Below, one piece after another: positions 38,376-48,257 of a stretch of 64,000 nt of DNA. The notes beneath the pieces were generated by a model that was not told the DNA's origin, ran no database searches, and saw only the letters and a program-made list of their open reading frames with translations. Within the stretch, counting starts at the first letter, position 1. Each line of letters begins with the position of its first letter. A program made the translations under genes and the position numbers. This DNA is from Candidatus Sysuimicrobium tengchongense (GTDB taxonomy: Bacteria; Sysuimicrobiota; Sysuimicrobiia; Sysuimicrobiales; Sysuimicrobiaceae): NCBI GenBank assembly GCA_031460175.1, contig JAVKGW010000004.1:59303-123302 (forward strand). Reading direction: 5' to 3'.

Positions 38376-38501
38376 AGGATCCCACGCGTCCCCATGGTAC
38401 CAAACAATTCCGACGCCTACCCGGCCCGAAGAGGGGACGAGAGGACTGGCACGGGAGTTGCTTGCAGCGGGAGTGAGGGGATGAGCACGGAACGCACTCC
38501 C

Positions 38502-38577
<76 letters not shown>

Positions 38578-38738
38578 ACGCCGCCCGTGATTTTACCGAA
38601 CCCGCGGGAATCCCGCAACGCCCCGGAACAACCCGTCCTGAGTTCCCGTTAGCAAGGAAGGTGCGGACGAGCTTCGCGGATCCCTTGCCCTCCGTGGTAT
38701 GCTGGGGGCTTGGTGAGAGCCGGGAGGAGGCGGACACC

Positions 38739-39755
38739 ATGAATCCTTCTGCCGCGCAGCTGGTCACCCTGAACGCTCCTCGCCTGGAGCGTCATCCTGA
38801 GAACCCCATCCTCCAGCCCACCACCCACTGGTGGGAGTGCCGGTGGGTGTTCAACCCCGGGGCCGCGGTCCACCGGGGGCGGGTGCACCTCCTGTACCGG
38901 GCCCAGGGGGAGGACTGGATCTCCCGGTTCGGGCTGGCCATCTTGGAGGAGGATGGGGTCCGGGTCGCGTACCGGAGCCCCCTTCCAGTGTTCGAGCCGG
39001 ACGTGAACAACCCCTGGGAACGGCTGGGGGTAGAGGATCCCCGGATCACCCGCATCGCGGATCAGTACTACGTGTGCTACACCGCCGCGAGCCTCTACCC
39101 GGCCCTCAAGCCCAGAACTTACCGGCGGCCGAGCCCCTTTGGGGACACTGGGGTACCGTGGCGTACCCGGATCGCCATCGCCACCACCCGGGACTTCCGG
39201 AACTTCCGGCGACGGGGAATCGCCTTCGGGCAGTGGGAGAACAAGAACGGCGCCCTCTTCCCCACCCGGTTCGAGGGCCGGTACCTGCTGCTCCACCGGA
39301 TCTTCCCGGACATCCACCTGGGATCGAGCAAGGACCTACGCCACTGGCACAACTACGGGCCCCTCCTCCGACCCCGGCCCGGTATGTGGGACAGCAACCG
39401 GGTAGGCGCAGGAGGCCCACCCCTCCGGACCCCGTACGGGTGGCTTCTGATCTACCACGGGGTGGACGAAAACCGGGTCTACCGGCTCGGCGCGGCCCTC
39501 CTGGATCTTCACAACCCCCGACGGGTTCTGGGCCGTTCCACGGAACCCATCCTGGAACCCGAGGAGCCGTACGAGCGGGAGGGACTGGTGCCCAACGTGG
39601 TCTTCACCTGCGGAGCGGTGTTCTACCGAGGCCGGCTCATGGTCTATTACGGGGGTGCGGACCGGGTGGTGGCTGTGGCCTCCGTCCCCACGGGGAGGAT
39701 CCTGACCTGGGCTCGGGAGGTGGCCCTTCGCGCTCAGCGGGACGGCCGGGTCTAA
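38739..39755 (+). CDS. GH130 family glycoside phosphorylase/hydrolase (β-mannoside phosphorylase-like)
   Basis: The ATG at 38739 is preceded by GGGAGGAGG. The translation reads ...ERHPENPILQP...NPGAAVHRGRVHLLYRAQG...EDPRITRIADQYYVCYTA. Confidence 0.8.
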   Translation: MNPSAAQLVTLNAPRLERHPENPILQPTTHWWECRWVFNPGAAVHRGRVHLLYRAQGEDWISRFGLAILEEDGVRVAYRSPLPVFEPDVNNPWERLGVEDPRITRIADQYYVCYTAASLYPALKPRTYRRPSPFGDTGVPWRTRIAIATTRDFRNFRRRGIAFGQWENKNGALFPTRFEGRYLLLHRIFPDIHLGSSKDLRHWHNYGPLLRPRPGMWDSNRVGAGGPPLRTPYGWLLIYHGVDENRVYRLGAALLDLHNPRRVLGRSTEPILEPEEPYEREGLVPNVVFTCGAVFYRGRLMVYYGGADRVVAVASVPTGRILTWAREVALRAQRDGRV

Positions 39756-39757
39756 GC

Positions 39758-40792
39758 TCAGCGCCCTTCCCGCAGGACCCGCTCGTAGGCCCGGAGGTGG
39801 TCCTGCACCATCCGTCGGGCGCTGAACCGTTCCTCCACCCACGCGCGGCAGGCCTCCCGGGAGAGCTCCCGGACCCGCCCGACCGCCTCCACAGCCCCTT
39901 CCAGGTCCTCCACCACGAAGCCCGTGCGGCCGTGGGCCACGACTTCCGGGACCGCGCCCCGTCGGGTGCCGATCACCGGGAGGCCGCATGCCATGGCCTC
40001 GATCATGGTGAGCCCGAAGGCCTCCTCGTATTCCACCAAGTGCAGAAAGGCCAGGGCCTGGCAGCTGAGCCGGTTGCGCTCCTGGGCGGTTACGGGGCCG
40101 ATGAACCGAACGAGGTCCCCGTCCAGGTAGGGCTCTACCTCCTGCGCGAAGTAGGCCTCTTCCTCCGGCGGCACGATCCCCCCGATGACCAGGGGGATCC
40201 GGGTTCGCCGCGCGAGGGCGATGGCGGTGTGCACCCCCTTCACCCGGGCGATCCGTCCCACGAAGAGCAGGAAGTCGCCCGGGGTGTCGCTGAAGGGGAA
40301 GCGCTCCACCTCCACCCCGTGGTGGATGGTGGCCACGTAGCGGAGCTCCGGGAGGAGACGGCGCTCCGCGTGGCTGACGGCGATGTAGGGAAGGTGGCGG
40401 AAGGACCGGTAGAGGACCGCGCTGTCGGGTTCCGCGCCTGAGCCGTGGAGGGTGGTCACCACGGGTCTCGGCACGAAGGGCGTGTACGAGACCACGAAGG
40501 AGCCCGCGTGGTTGTGCACGAGGTCAAAGGCCTCCGCCTGCTCCAGACACCGCACCGCGTGCAGGATCTCATACCCCCGCGCGGCCCGCCGGAGCTCGGG
40601 ATCCTCCATAAGGGGACGGGGGACGACGCTCTCCAGTCTCGCCCGCGTGAGGGAGTCCCCGGTGGCGAACAGCGTGACCTCCACCCCGGCCCGGACCAAT
40701 CCCTCCACCAGGGTGCTGGTGGCCTGCTCCCACCCCCCGTAGTGCCGGGGCGGGCACCGCCAGGCGATGGGCGCGAGGACGGCCACCCGCAT
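39758..40792 (-). CDS. GT4 family glycosyltransferase
   Basis: The C-terminal E-x7-E block (EAFGLTMIEAMACGLPVI) is present. Confidence 0.8.
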   Translation of the reverse strand: MRVAVLAPIAWRCPPRHYGGWEQATSTLVEGLVRAGVEVTLFATGDSLTRARLESVVPRPLMEDPELRRAARGYEILHAVRCLEQAEAFDLVHNHAGSFVVSYTPFVPRPVVTTLHGSGAEPDSAVLYRSFRHLPYIAVSHAERRLLPELRYVATIHHGVEVERFPFSDTPGDFLLFVGRIARVKGVHTAIALARRTRIPLVIGGIVPPEEEAYFAQEVEPYLDGDLVRFIGPVTAQERNRLSCQALAFLHLVEYEEAFGLTMIEAMACGLPVIGTRRGAVPEVVAHGRTGFVVEDLEGAVEAVGRVRELSREACRAWVEERFSARRMVQDHLRAYERVLREGR

Positions 40793-41776
40793 CTAGGCCT
40801 GCAGGCTCAGGGCGGCCAGGAGATAGGCGAGGCACGCCTCGGCTCCGCAGTTCTCGTTGGGGCCTCCGGGGCCGAGGCCGTCCCGGCAGGCTCCGTCCTC
40901 ATCCACGAGAGGCACCCCCAGGAGGTTCTCCCCCAGGAACCATCCCCATGCACGGAGCGCGGCCTCCCGATACCACGGACGTCCCGTCCACCGCCACGCC
41001 TCCATACATGCCTCCACCAATGCCCCGGGATCCACCGGCTGCTGATCCCAGCGGGCCTTGCGTCCTCCCCGCGGATACCACCCTCGGTTCCCGACCGGGA
41101 CCACGATCCCGTCCTCCATCACCACCTCCAGGAGGAAGTCCAGGGTACGCAGGGCCGCATGGGCCCACTCCCCGCGGAGGTGGGCCGCCCGCAGCAGGGC
41201 CAGGGGAACCCGACCCAGCTCGTACGTGAGCACCGGCTCCGGCCACGGCCAGTCCTCCGGGGTGTCCCGCATCTGCCGGTAGAGGGCTTGACCGACTTCC
41301 TCCGCCGCATCCTCAACCCCCGCAGCCAGCAGGCCCAGCAGGGCATTGGCCCGACCGCGACAGGTGCGGAGGCTCCGGACGGTGAACAGAGATCGCCCGA
41401 ACAGCGTCTGCGCCGCCCGTCGCAGGGGGTCCGGCAGGGGCGAAACGATGGTCTCGCCCAGGGCCCACACGCACCGGCCCTGGCAGTCCTCCGAGACCTC
41501 ACAGGCGAGCGGACGACCATCCCCATCCCACAGGTTGTGGAACCACCCGTCGGGCCGCAGGCTACGGGCCAGGAAGTCCAGATAGATCCGGCCCAGCTCC
41601 ACCTGGCCGATCCGGGCCGCCACCACCAGGCCCCGCGCGTTGTCGTCCGCGGTGTAGCCGCTCCCTCGGTCCGGCCGCTTGCCCCGGGCGAACTGGATGA
41701 GCCCGAAGGCGTCCGTGAGGCGTCTCAGGTGAACCCACCGGACCGCTACGAGCGTGGTCCGCTCCGTCCGGCCCAT
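40793..41776 (-). CDS. Hypothetical protein, possibly an (α/α)6 six-hairpin glycosidase-like fold
   Basis: The ORF is 327 aa and Trp-rich, with no firm family match. It is tightly packed between two GT4 genes. Confidence 0.5.
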   Translation of the reverse strand: MGRTERTTLVAVRWVHLRRLTDAFGLIQFARGKRPDRGSGYTADDNARGLVVAARIGQVELGRIYLDFLARSLRPDGWFHNLWDGDGRPLACEVSEDCQGRCVWALGETIVSPLPDPLRRAAQTLFGRSLFTVRSLRTCRGRANALLGLLAAGVEDAAEEVGQALYRQMRDTPEDWPWPEPVLTYELGRVPLALLRAAHLRGEWAHAALRTLDFLLEVVMEDGIVVPVGNRGWYPRGGRKARWDQQPVDPGALVEACMEAWRWTGRPWYREAALRAWGWFLGENLLGVPLVDEDGACRDGLGPGGPNENCGAEACLAYLLAALSLQA

Positions 41777-41785
41777 GGGTCCGCC

Positions 41786-42967
41786 CTACACCGCCGCCTC
41801 CACCTGCACCTGCCGCGCGACTTCCTGGAAGAGGGCCGCGTACGCTTGAGCCACCACGGACCAGCGCATCTGCTGGGCGAACCGCCAGGTCCGCTCCCCG
41901 ATCCGCTCCCGCCGGTCCGGATCCGAGAGGAGGTCGGTCACCGCGGCCGCGATGGCGGCAGGCGACCGGAAGGGCACGAGAACCCCGCGGCCGTCCCCGA
42001 GCACGTCCTGCGCGTAACGGTACGGGGTGCTCACCACCGCGCACCCGCACGCCAGCGCCCAGGAGAGGGTGCCGCTCACGATCTGCTCGGGGTTGAGATA
42101 GGGAGTGAGGTAGACGTCCGTGGCCTGAAGATACCCGATGAGCTCCTCGTCTCCCATGTAGCGGTTCTCGAACCGCACCAGGTCCCCGATCCCCAGGCGC
42201 TGCACCCGCTCCACCAGCATGTTCCGGTACCACTCCCCCTCCCGGCGCCGCAGGTTCGGGTGGGTTTCCCCCAGCACCAGGTACAGCACGTTCGGGAAGA
42301 CCCGGGCCACGGAAGGCAGGGCGTCCAGAACGTCCTCGATGCCTTTGCCGGGGCTCACCAACCCGAAGGTGGTGAGTACCCACCGATCCTCCAGACCCAG
42401 CCGCGCCTTCGCCTCCGACCGGGGAACCCTCTCCACCGCGGGGACTCCGTGCCAGATCATGCGCACCCGACTGCGGGACACCCCGTATCGCTCCTCGAGG
42501 AGATCCACCGCGGAGGGGCTCAGGACCACCACGGCCGCGGAGCGGCGGCAAAGGGTCCGGATGATCTGTCGGGCCCTGGCCGGCGGATTCGAGAGCACCG
42601 TGTGAAGGGTGGTCACCACGGGACGCTCCAGATGATCCAGGAGCTCCAGCAGGTCCTCCCCCCACTCTCCCCCGAAGATCCCGAACTCGTGCTGGATGTT
42701 CACCACGTCCACCCGCTCCCGGTTGAGACGCAACGCCGCGGAGCGGTAGTCCTCCCGGCAGTTCTCCCGGATCTCCCCCATCACCTCCGGGCCGTACCGG
42801 TACGGCCCGTTCTCATCGTTCATGGCCACCACCCTGGGGCACACCCCCAGCTCCCGCAGCCCGCGGGCGAGGTCCCGGCTGAAGGTGGCGATCCCGCACT
42901 CCCGGGGAGGATAGGTGGAGAGGATGACGACGTTCAGACGGTCTTGATTCTCCCGCGCGTTGCGCAC
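41786..42967 (-). CDS. GT4 family glycosyltransferase
   Basis: The GTG at 42967 is preceded by AAGGAGGTGA. The N-terminal ~200 aa of ORF 41786..43582 are artefactual. Confidence 0.8.
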   Translation of the reverse strand: MRNARENQDRLNVVILSTYPPRECGIATFSRDLARGLRELGVCPRVVAMNDENGPYRYGPEVMGEIRENCREDYRSAALRLNRERVDVVNIQHEFGIFGGEWGEDLLELLDHLERPVVTTLHTVLSNPPARARQIIRTLCRRSAAVVVLSPSAVDLLEERYGVSRSRVRMIWHGVPAVERVPRSEAKARLGLEDRWVLTTFGLVSPGKGIEDVLDALPSVARVFPNVLYLVLGETHPNLRRREGEWYRNMLVERVQRLGIGDLVRFENRYMGDEELIGYLQATDVYLTPYLNPEQIVSGTLSWALACGCAVVSTPYRYAQDVLGDGRGVLVPFRSPAAIAAAVTDLLSDPDRRERIGERTWRFAQQMRWSVVAQAYAALFQEVARQVQVEAAV

Positions 42968-43245
42968 ATCTCTCACCTCCTTTGCGAACCGAGTCCGTAG
43001 CCTCGAGTGCCGCAGCGAAGGTGGTGCGACGTCACGCGGGGCCGCGGGCGAAAAGCCCTCTGTCCACTGGAGCGGCCCCCATGGACCGGCCTTGGACAGA
43101 TTGAGACGCGTCTTTAGTATACCGAAATGGTGGCCCGATGGCCACGGAAGGAGGAGAGCACAGAATCGTCGAACATCTTCCCGGGTGATGGATGGCACAC
43201 GCGGCCGACACCAGGTCCTGCTGGATGCGAAAGGAGGAGCGTCCG

Positions 43246-44271
43246 GTGCGGGTCTGCGTGTATTACGAGTACCGTCCCTCCCTTCTTCCCAGTGGCGGGA
43301 TTCGCACCGCATACCGGAACCACATGGAGGCGCTGCGTCTGGCCGGGGTTGAGATCGCCCTCCGGCCCCGAGACCCGCACGACCTCCTGCACCTCCACTC
43401 CACGGGTCCTCTCTCCCTGCTGCTCCTGGAGCGCACCGCGGGCACGCGGCCCGTGGTGGTACACGCCCACACCACCGCGGAGGACTTCGCGAACTCTTTC
43501 CGGTTGAGCGATGCAGTGGCGCCCATGCTGGGACGCTACCTCCGGTACTTCTACAACCGGGCGGACCTCGTGATCGCCCCAAGCCCCTACACGGCCCGGA
43601 TCCTCCGACGGCATGGCGTGGAGGCGCCCGTGGAGGTGGTGAGCAACGGGGTGGACGTGCGACGGTTCACCCCGGATCCCCGGCGGCGCATCCGGGGCCG
43701 GTCCCGGTATCGCCTCAACGGCTTCGTGGTGTTCGCGGTGGGATTGGTGCTCCTGCGTAAGGGGATCGAGCTCTTCTGCGAGACCGCGAGGCGGGTGCCG
43801 GAGGTTCGATTCGTGTGGTTCGGTCCCATCCACAAGGCGGTGAAGTCCGAGACCCTGAGGGTCCTGGAGCGGGCACCCGAGAACGTCCGGTTCACGGGGT
43901 ACGTGGAGAACGTGCTGGACGCTTACGCCGCGGGGGATGTCTTCTTCTTCCCCAGCGCGGTGGAGAATGAAGGGATCGCGGTGCTGGAGGCAGCCGCCTG
44001 CGGAAAGCCCCTCCTGCTGCGCGCGGTGGACTGCTTCCGCGACCGGTTCGCCCACGGGGTGAACTGCCTAATGGCCAACGACCCGGATGCCTTCGCCGCG
44101 TACATCCGCCAGCTCCGGGACGACCCCGAACTCCGGGAACGGCTCGCGCGGCAGGCCCGGGCCTTCGCGGAGCAGCACCGGCTGGAAGTGGTGGGCATCC
44201 GGCTACGGGACCTGTACCAGGACCTGCTCCTCCAGCGCACGGGCGCCCCCCGCGCGAACCCGGTTCCCTGA
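43246..44271 (+). CDS. GT4 family glycosyltransferase
   Basis: I prefer the GTG at 43246, 6 nt after AAGGAGGAG, giving VRVCVYYEY... The alternative ATG is at 43225. The translation includes EGIAVLEAAACGKPLL. Confidence 0.75.
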   Translation: MRVCVYYEYRPSLLPSGGIRTAYRNHMEALRLAGVEIALRPRDPHDLLHLHSTGPLSLLLLERTAGTRPVVVHAHTTAEDFANSFRLSDAVAPMLGRYLRYFYNRADLVIAPSPYTARILRRHGVEAPVEVVSNGVDVRRFTPDPRRRIRGRSRYRLNGFVVFAVGLVLLRKGIELFCETARRVPEVRFVWFGPIHKAVKSETLRVLERAPENVRFTGYVENVLDAYAAGDVFFFPSAVENEGIAVLEAAACGKPLLLRAVDCFRDRFAHGVNCLMANDPDAFAAYIRQLRDDPELRERLARQARAFAEQHRLEVVGIRLRDLYQDLLLQRTGAPRANPVP

Positions 44272-44280
44272 GGCCGGCAC

Positions 44281-45771
44281 CTATGCGGATCGGAGCACGA
44301 GGGAGGTGTTCCCCTTCTGGATGGCCACGTACCGCACCTGAGGCTGCGCGCTCAGGCGCTCCAACAGCACGGCCAGGGAGTTCCGGGAGGCCCCGGCCGC
44401 CCGGCCGCCGTTCCCCTTCACCCCCTGTACCTCTCCCTCCCCCTTCATGATGCAGTGCAGGAGCAGGGTCTCCTCGTCCGCGTGCACCATTCCCAGCTTC
44501 TGCCGGACCACCTCCAGGGGGGCCTCTTCCTCCTCCCGCAGCGCCTCCAACTGGGCGGCGATCTCCCGCGCCCGGGCCCGTCCGAGGATCCGATCCTTCA
44601 CCTCCGGATCCATCCAGGTGTACCCCGAGTCTTCCCCAAAGGCCCCGAGGGCGAACCGGATCACCTCGTCCGTCACCAGCTGGTATCGCTCCCCCGTCAG
44701 CACGTTCAGAGCCGCCTGTGTGGCCACGTGCTGGGAGTAGGGCGTGATCATGATGGGGTACCCGAGGTCTGCCCGGACCCGCACGATCTCCTCCAGGACT
44801 TCCTGCAACCGGTGCTCCATGCGCAGCTCCCGCAGCTGGAACCGCAGGTTGGAGATGACCCCTCCCGGGACCTGGTGCACGTACTGGCCGTAGTCGTACT
44901 CCAAGGGCATCCCCACGGGCCTCCCCTCCCTTCGGGCGAACGCCCACAGCCGCTCCGAAGCCGCCCGCACCGCCTCCTCCTTTACCCGCACCGGCACTCC
45001 CACATACCGGGCGTTGTGCATCACGTTGAACACGGAGGGCTGCGAGGACCCGTTCGCGAGGGGCGGGATGGCGGTGTGCACGACCCGGACTCCCAGCTGA
45101 ATGGCCTCCAGATAGCAGAGGGGCGCGAGCCCCGTGGTGCAGTGCGAGTGGAGCTCCACCGGGACATCCCCCGCGGCCTCCAGGATGGCGGGCAGCAGGG
45201 TCCGGACCCGGTCCGGCGTGAGGAGTCCCCCCTGATCCTTGAGGTAGATGGCATCCGGTTTGAAGGCCAAGAGCTCCCGGGTCTTCTCCGCGTAATACGC
45301 ATCCGTGTGCCGGGGGGAGAGGGTGTACGAGAGGGCGAAGACGATCTGGTAGTTCAGGGATCGCAGGAAGGGGACCAGCCACGGGAAGAGCCGTTTGGGC
45401 TGGTCCATGGTGTTGGCCGTGAGCTGGGCCCGGTTCAACGCCCCGAGGGCCGCCACCCGCTCGAAGAACAGCATGGTCAGGCAGCGGGGATTGACACCCG
45501 CGAAGGGGTTGAGGCTCACGGCGCCCATGCACGCCTTGGTCACGTCCCGGAGGACCCGTGCCACCACCCGACACATCTCCCACGGATCCTCCCGGAGATC
45601 CCGTACGAACTTCTTGAAGTAAATGGGATTTACCGGCACCTCCACCGCCTGGAACTCCGCCCGGACCAGATCCTCCGCCACCTCCGCGATGAGCCGCGTG
45701 GGGATGTCGGAGGCCCACAGGCTTTGGGCTCCGTCCCGAAGCGTCGTGTCCACAAGCCGTACCGGATCCAT
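44281..45771 (-). CDS. Carboxyltransferase (5S subunit-like) of the pyruvate carboxylase subunit B / oxaloacetate decarboxylase alpha family, lacking a biotinyl (AMKM) domain
   Basis: The N-terminus is MDPVRLVDTTLRDGAQSLWAS, a TIM-barrel carboxyltransferase, followed by the PYC_OADA-like region. The C-terminus has no AMKM biotin attachment motif. Confidence 0.7.
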   Translation of the reverse strand: MDPVRLVDTTLRDGAQSLWASDIPTRLIAEVAEDLVRAEFQAVEVPVNPIYFKKFVRDLREDPWEMCRVVARVLRDVTKACMGAVSLNPFAGVNPRCLTMLFFERVAALGALNRAQLTANTMDQPKRLFPWLVPFLRSLNYQIVFALSYTLSPRHTDAYYAEKTRELLAFKPDAIYLKDQGGLLTPDRVRTLLPAILEAAGDVPVELHSHCTTGLAPLCYLEAIQLGVRVVHTAIPPLANGSSQPSVFNVMHNARYVGVPVRVKEEAVRAASERLWAFARREGRPVGMPLEYDYGQYVHQVPGGVISNLRFQLRELRMEHRLQEVLEEIVRVRADLGYPIMITPYSQHVATQAALNVLTGERYQLVTDEVIRFALGAFGEDSGYTWMDPEVKDRILGRARAREIAAQLEALREEEEAPLEVVRQKLGMVHADEETLLLHCIMKGEGEVQGVKGNGGRAAGASRNSLAVLLERLSAQPQVRYVAIQKGNTSLVLRSA

Positions 45772-45780
45772 CCTCCTCCC

Positions 45781-46488
45781 TCAAACCGCAAGATAGGCCT
45801 GCTTCAGCGACTCGTCCCCCAGGAGGGCCTCGTACGTGCCCTGGAACTGTACCTGACCCTTGTCCAGGATGTAGATCCTCGAGCTGAGGCCCGCGGCGAA
45901 CCATAGGTTCTGCTCGGAGAGCAGGATCGCCAGTCCCGTCTCCTTGAGCTTCCGGACCTGTTCCCAGAGGGCCTGGACCACCAAAGGGGCCAGGCCCTCG
46001 GAAGGCTCGTCGAGCAGCAGGATCCTGGGATCCCCCATGAGGGCACGGGCGATGGCCAGCATCCGCTGTTCTCCCCCGCTGAGGGATCGGCCGGGCCGGT
46101 TCTGCAAGGGCTCCAAGGCGGGGAAGAGCTCGAAGATCTTCTCCACCGTCCACCCTTGGCCGCCCCGGGCTTGGGGGCGTCCCTCCGCGCCCACCAGCAG
46201 GTTCTCCAGAACCGTCAACCCGGGGAAGATGCGGCGGTCCTCCGGCACGTACCCGATCCCCATGCGCCGGATGGTATGGGGGGGACGCCCGACCAGGTTC
46301 TGCCCGCGGAAGAGGATGCGCCCTTCCACCTGCGGGACCAGGCCCATGATGGACTTCAGGGTGGTGCTCTTGCCGGCCCCGTTCCGTCCCAGGAGGCACA
46401 CGACTTCTCCTTCCTGGACGGAGAGGGCCACGTCCTGGAGAACCCAGCCGTGGCCATACCCCGCGAACACCCGCTCCAGCACCAGCAT
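45781..46488 (-). CDS. Branched-chain amino acid ABC transporter ATP-binding protein (LivF-like)
   Basis: The Walker A motif GRNGAGKST and the LSGGEQ signature are present. Confidence 0.85.
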   Translation of the reverse strand: MLVLERVFAGYGHGWVLQDVALSVQEGEVVCLLGRNGAGKSTTLKSIMGLVPQVEGRILFRGQNLVGRPPHTIRRMGIGYVPEDRRIFPGLTVLENLLVGAEGRPQARGGQGWTVEKIFELFPALEPLQNRPGRSLSGGEQRMLAIARALMGDPRILLLDEPSEGLAPLVVQALWEQVRKLKETGLAILLSEQNLWFAAGLSSRIYILDKGQVQFQGTYEALLGDESLKQAYLAV

Positions 46489-46494
46489 GGTTCC

Positions 46495-47283
46495 TTACCG
46501 TCCCTCAGGCCTCCCGCTTCCCCGGACCCCCTCCCCGAGGTAGACCCGCCGGACCTCCGGATCCGCCCGGATCTCCTCCGGACGCCCCTCCGCGATCACC
46601 GTGCCCCGGTTCAGCACGGTGATGCGGTCCGCCACGGAGAACACCACGTCCATATCGTGCTCGATGAGCAAGGTGGTGATCCCCCGCGCCTCCACCACCC
46701 TCCGCACCAGGGCCATGAGCGATGGACGCTCCGGGACCGGGATCCCGGAAGTGGGCTCGTCCAACAGCAGAATCTCCGGATCACACGCGAGGGCCAGGGC
46801 CAGCTCCAGCTTCTTGCGGTCTCCGTGCGGGAGCTCCCCTGCCCGTCGGTGGGCCTGCTCCTCCAGGTGCACCTGCCGGAGGATGTCCCACGCCTTCTCG
46901 ACCGCCACCCGGCGGAAGGGCGCGAACGGCTGCCACAGGTGGCCCCCCAGGACCGCACAGGCCAGCTGCACGTTTTCCAGAGCGGTGGCGGTCGGAAAGA
47001 CGCTCGTGATCTGGAACGTCCGTGCGACCCGCTTCTGCACCACCCGATGTGGGGCCAATCCCGTAACGTCCTCCCCCCGGATCCAGATCCGGCCCCGGTC
47101 CGGCCGCAGGAATCCCGTGAGGAGGTGGAAGAGGGTGGTCTTGCCCGCCCCGTTGGGACCGATGATGGCGTGGACGGTCCCCTCGCGCACCGCGAGGTTT
47201 ACCCCGGCCACCGCGGCCACTCCCCCGAACCGCTTCCAGAGGTCCTCGGTGTGAAGGACCCACTCGTGCAAGGCTTCCTTCAC
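46495..47283 (-). CDS. Branched-chain amino acid ABC transporter ATP-binding protein (LivG-like)
   Basis: The Walker A motif GPNGAGKTT is present. Confidence 0.85.
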   Translation of the reverse strand: MKEALHEWVLHTEDLWKRFGGVAAVAGVNLAVREGTVHAIIGPNGAGKTTLFHLLTGFLRPDRGRIWIRGEDVTGLAPHRVVQKRVARTFQITSVFPTATALENVQLACAVLGGHLWQPFAPFRRVAVEKAWDILRQVHLEEQAHRRAGELPHGDRKKLELALALACDPEILLLDEPTSGIPVPERPSLMALVRRVVEARGITTLLIEHDMDVVFSVADRITVLNRGTVIAEGRPEEIRADPEVRRVYLGEGVRGSGRPEGR

Positions 47284-48242
47284 CCCCGCCGTCTACCCCA
47301 CACCTCCACAAGCCCCCTGGGGGCCAGGAAGGCCGCCAACACCAGCAATCCCCCGAGGAAGAACTGCCAGTAGGGCGTGGCCCGGGGAGCCAGGAACGTC
47401 AGGGTTTTGATCACCACGGCCCCCAGTACAGGACCCGCGAACCGGTCTGCCCCTCCCAGCACCACCATGAGGGCCGCTTCCGCAGAGCTCTGCCAGCCCG
47501 CCACCTTGGGGAAGATGCTCCCGTGGTGGAAGACGAACAGACCTCCCGCGAGTCCCGCGAGTCCTCCGGAGAGGGTGAACGCCGCCCACTGCACCCGTCG
47601 CGCGGGGATCCCGATGGCCTCCGCCCGGTGCGGGCTATCCCGCACGGCCCTCAGGGCAGCGCCGAAGGGGGACTCGCAGACCCGCCAAAGCCCCCAGAGG
47701 GCGAGCCCGACCACCACCAGCACCAGGTAGTAGTACATCAGGGGCTCCGTCCAGGGAGCCGGCGGAAACACATCCGTGAGGCCATCGTCGCCGCCCGTCA
47801 ATTCCTTCCACTTCCAGAACACGGTGTACAGGAGCTGGCCGAAGGCGAGGGTGAGCATGACGAAGTAGGCGCCCGCCAGCCGGACACAGAAGTACCCGAC
47901 CCCTGCGGCCGCGAGGATGGCCGCCACGGTCCCCACCCCCACGGTGGCGAACCACGGGAGCCCCACGCGCTTCACGAGGATCCCCGCCACGTACCCGCCG
48001 ACCCCAAAGAAGGCCGCGTGTCCCAGGCTGAGCATGCCGCCGTATCCCACCAGGAGGTTGAGGCTCGTGGCCAGGAGGGCCGCCAGCAGCACGTCCACGG
48101 CCTGCACCACATAGGGGGAGGGGAGGACCAGGGGCACCGCGAGGAGTCCCACAATCCCCACCGTCCCGATGAGGAGCCGTCCCCACGTCCCTGGGCGGGC
48201 GGCCGCGAGCGTCTGTGCGTCCCACAAGCGCTTGGCCTCCAC
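47280..48242 (-). CDS. Branched-chain amino acid ABC transporter permease (LivM-like)
   Basis: The translation is an integral membrane protein. It overlaps the LivG-like start by 4 nt. Confidence 0.85.
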   Translation of the reverse strand: MEAKRLWDAQTLAAARPGTWGRLLIGTVGIVGLLAVPLVLPSPYVVQAVDVLLAALLATSLNLLVGYGGMLSLGHAAFFGVGGYVAGILVKRVGLPWFATVGVGTVAAILAAAGVGYFCVRLAGAYFVMLTLAFGQLLYTVFWKWKELTGGDDGLTDVFPPAPWTEPLMYYYLVLVVVGLALWGLWRVCESPFGAALRAVRDSPHRAEAIGIPARRVQWAAFTLSGGLAGLAGGLFVFHHGSIFPKVAGWQSSAEAALMVVLGGADRFAGPVLGAVVIKTLTFLAPRATPYWQFFLGGLLVLAAFLAPRGLVEVWGRRRG

Positions 48243-48257
48243 GGCTCCCCTCGCCCC

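Noticed and set aside
38376-38501. Inverted repeat GGGAGTG-N19-CACTCCC downstream of tRNA-Ala as a terminator.
   Set aside because: The 19-nt loop and the absence of a U-tract make it a weak candidate. The PBP gene has its own GAGGAGG RBS, and co-transcription with the tRNA cannot be excluded.
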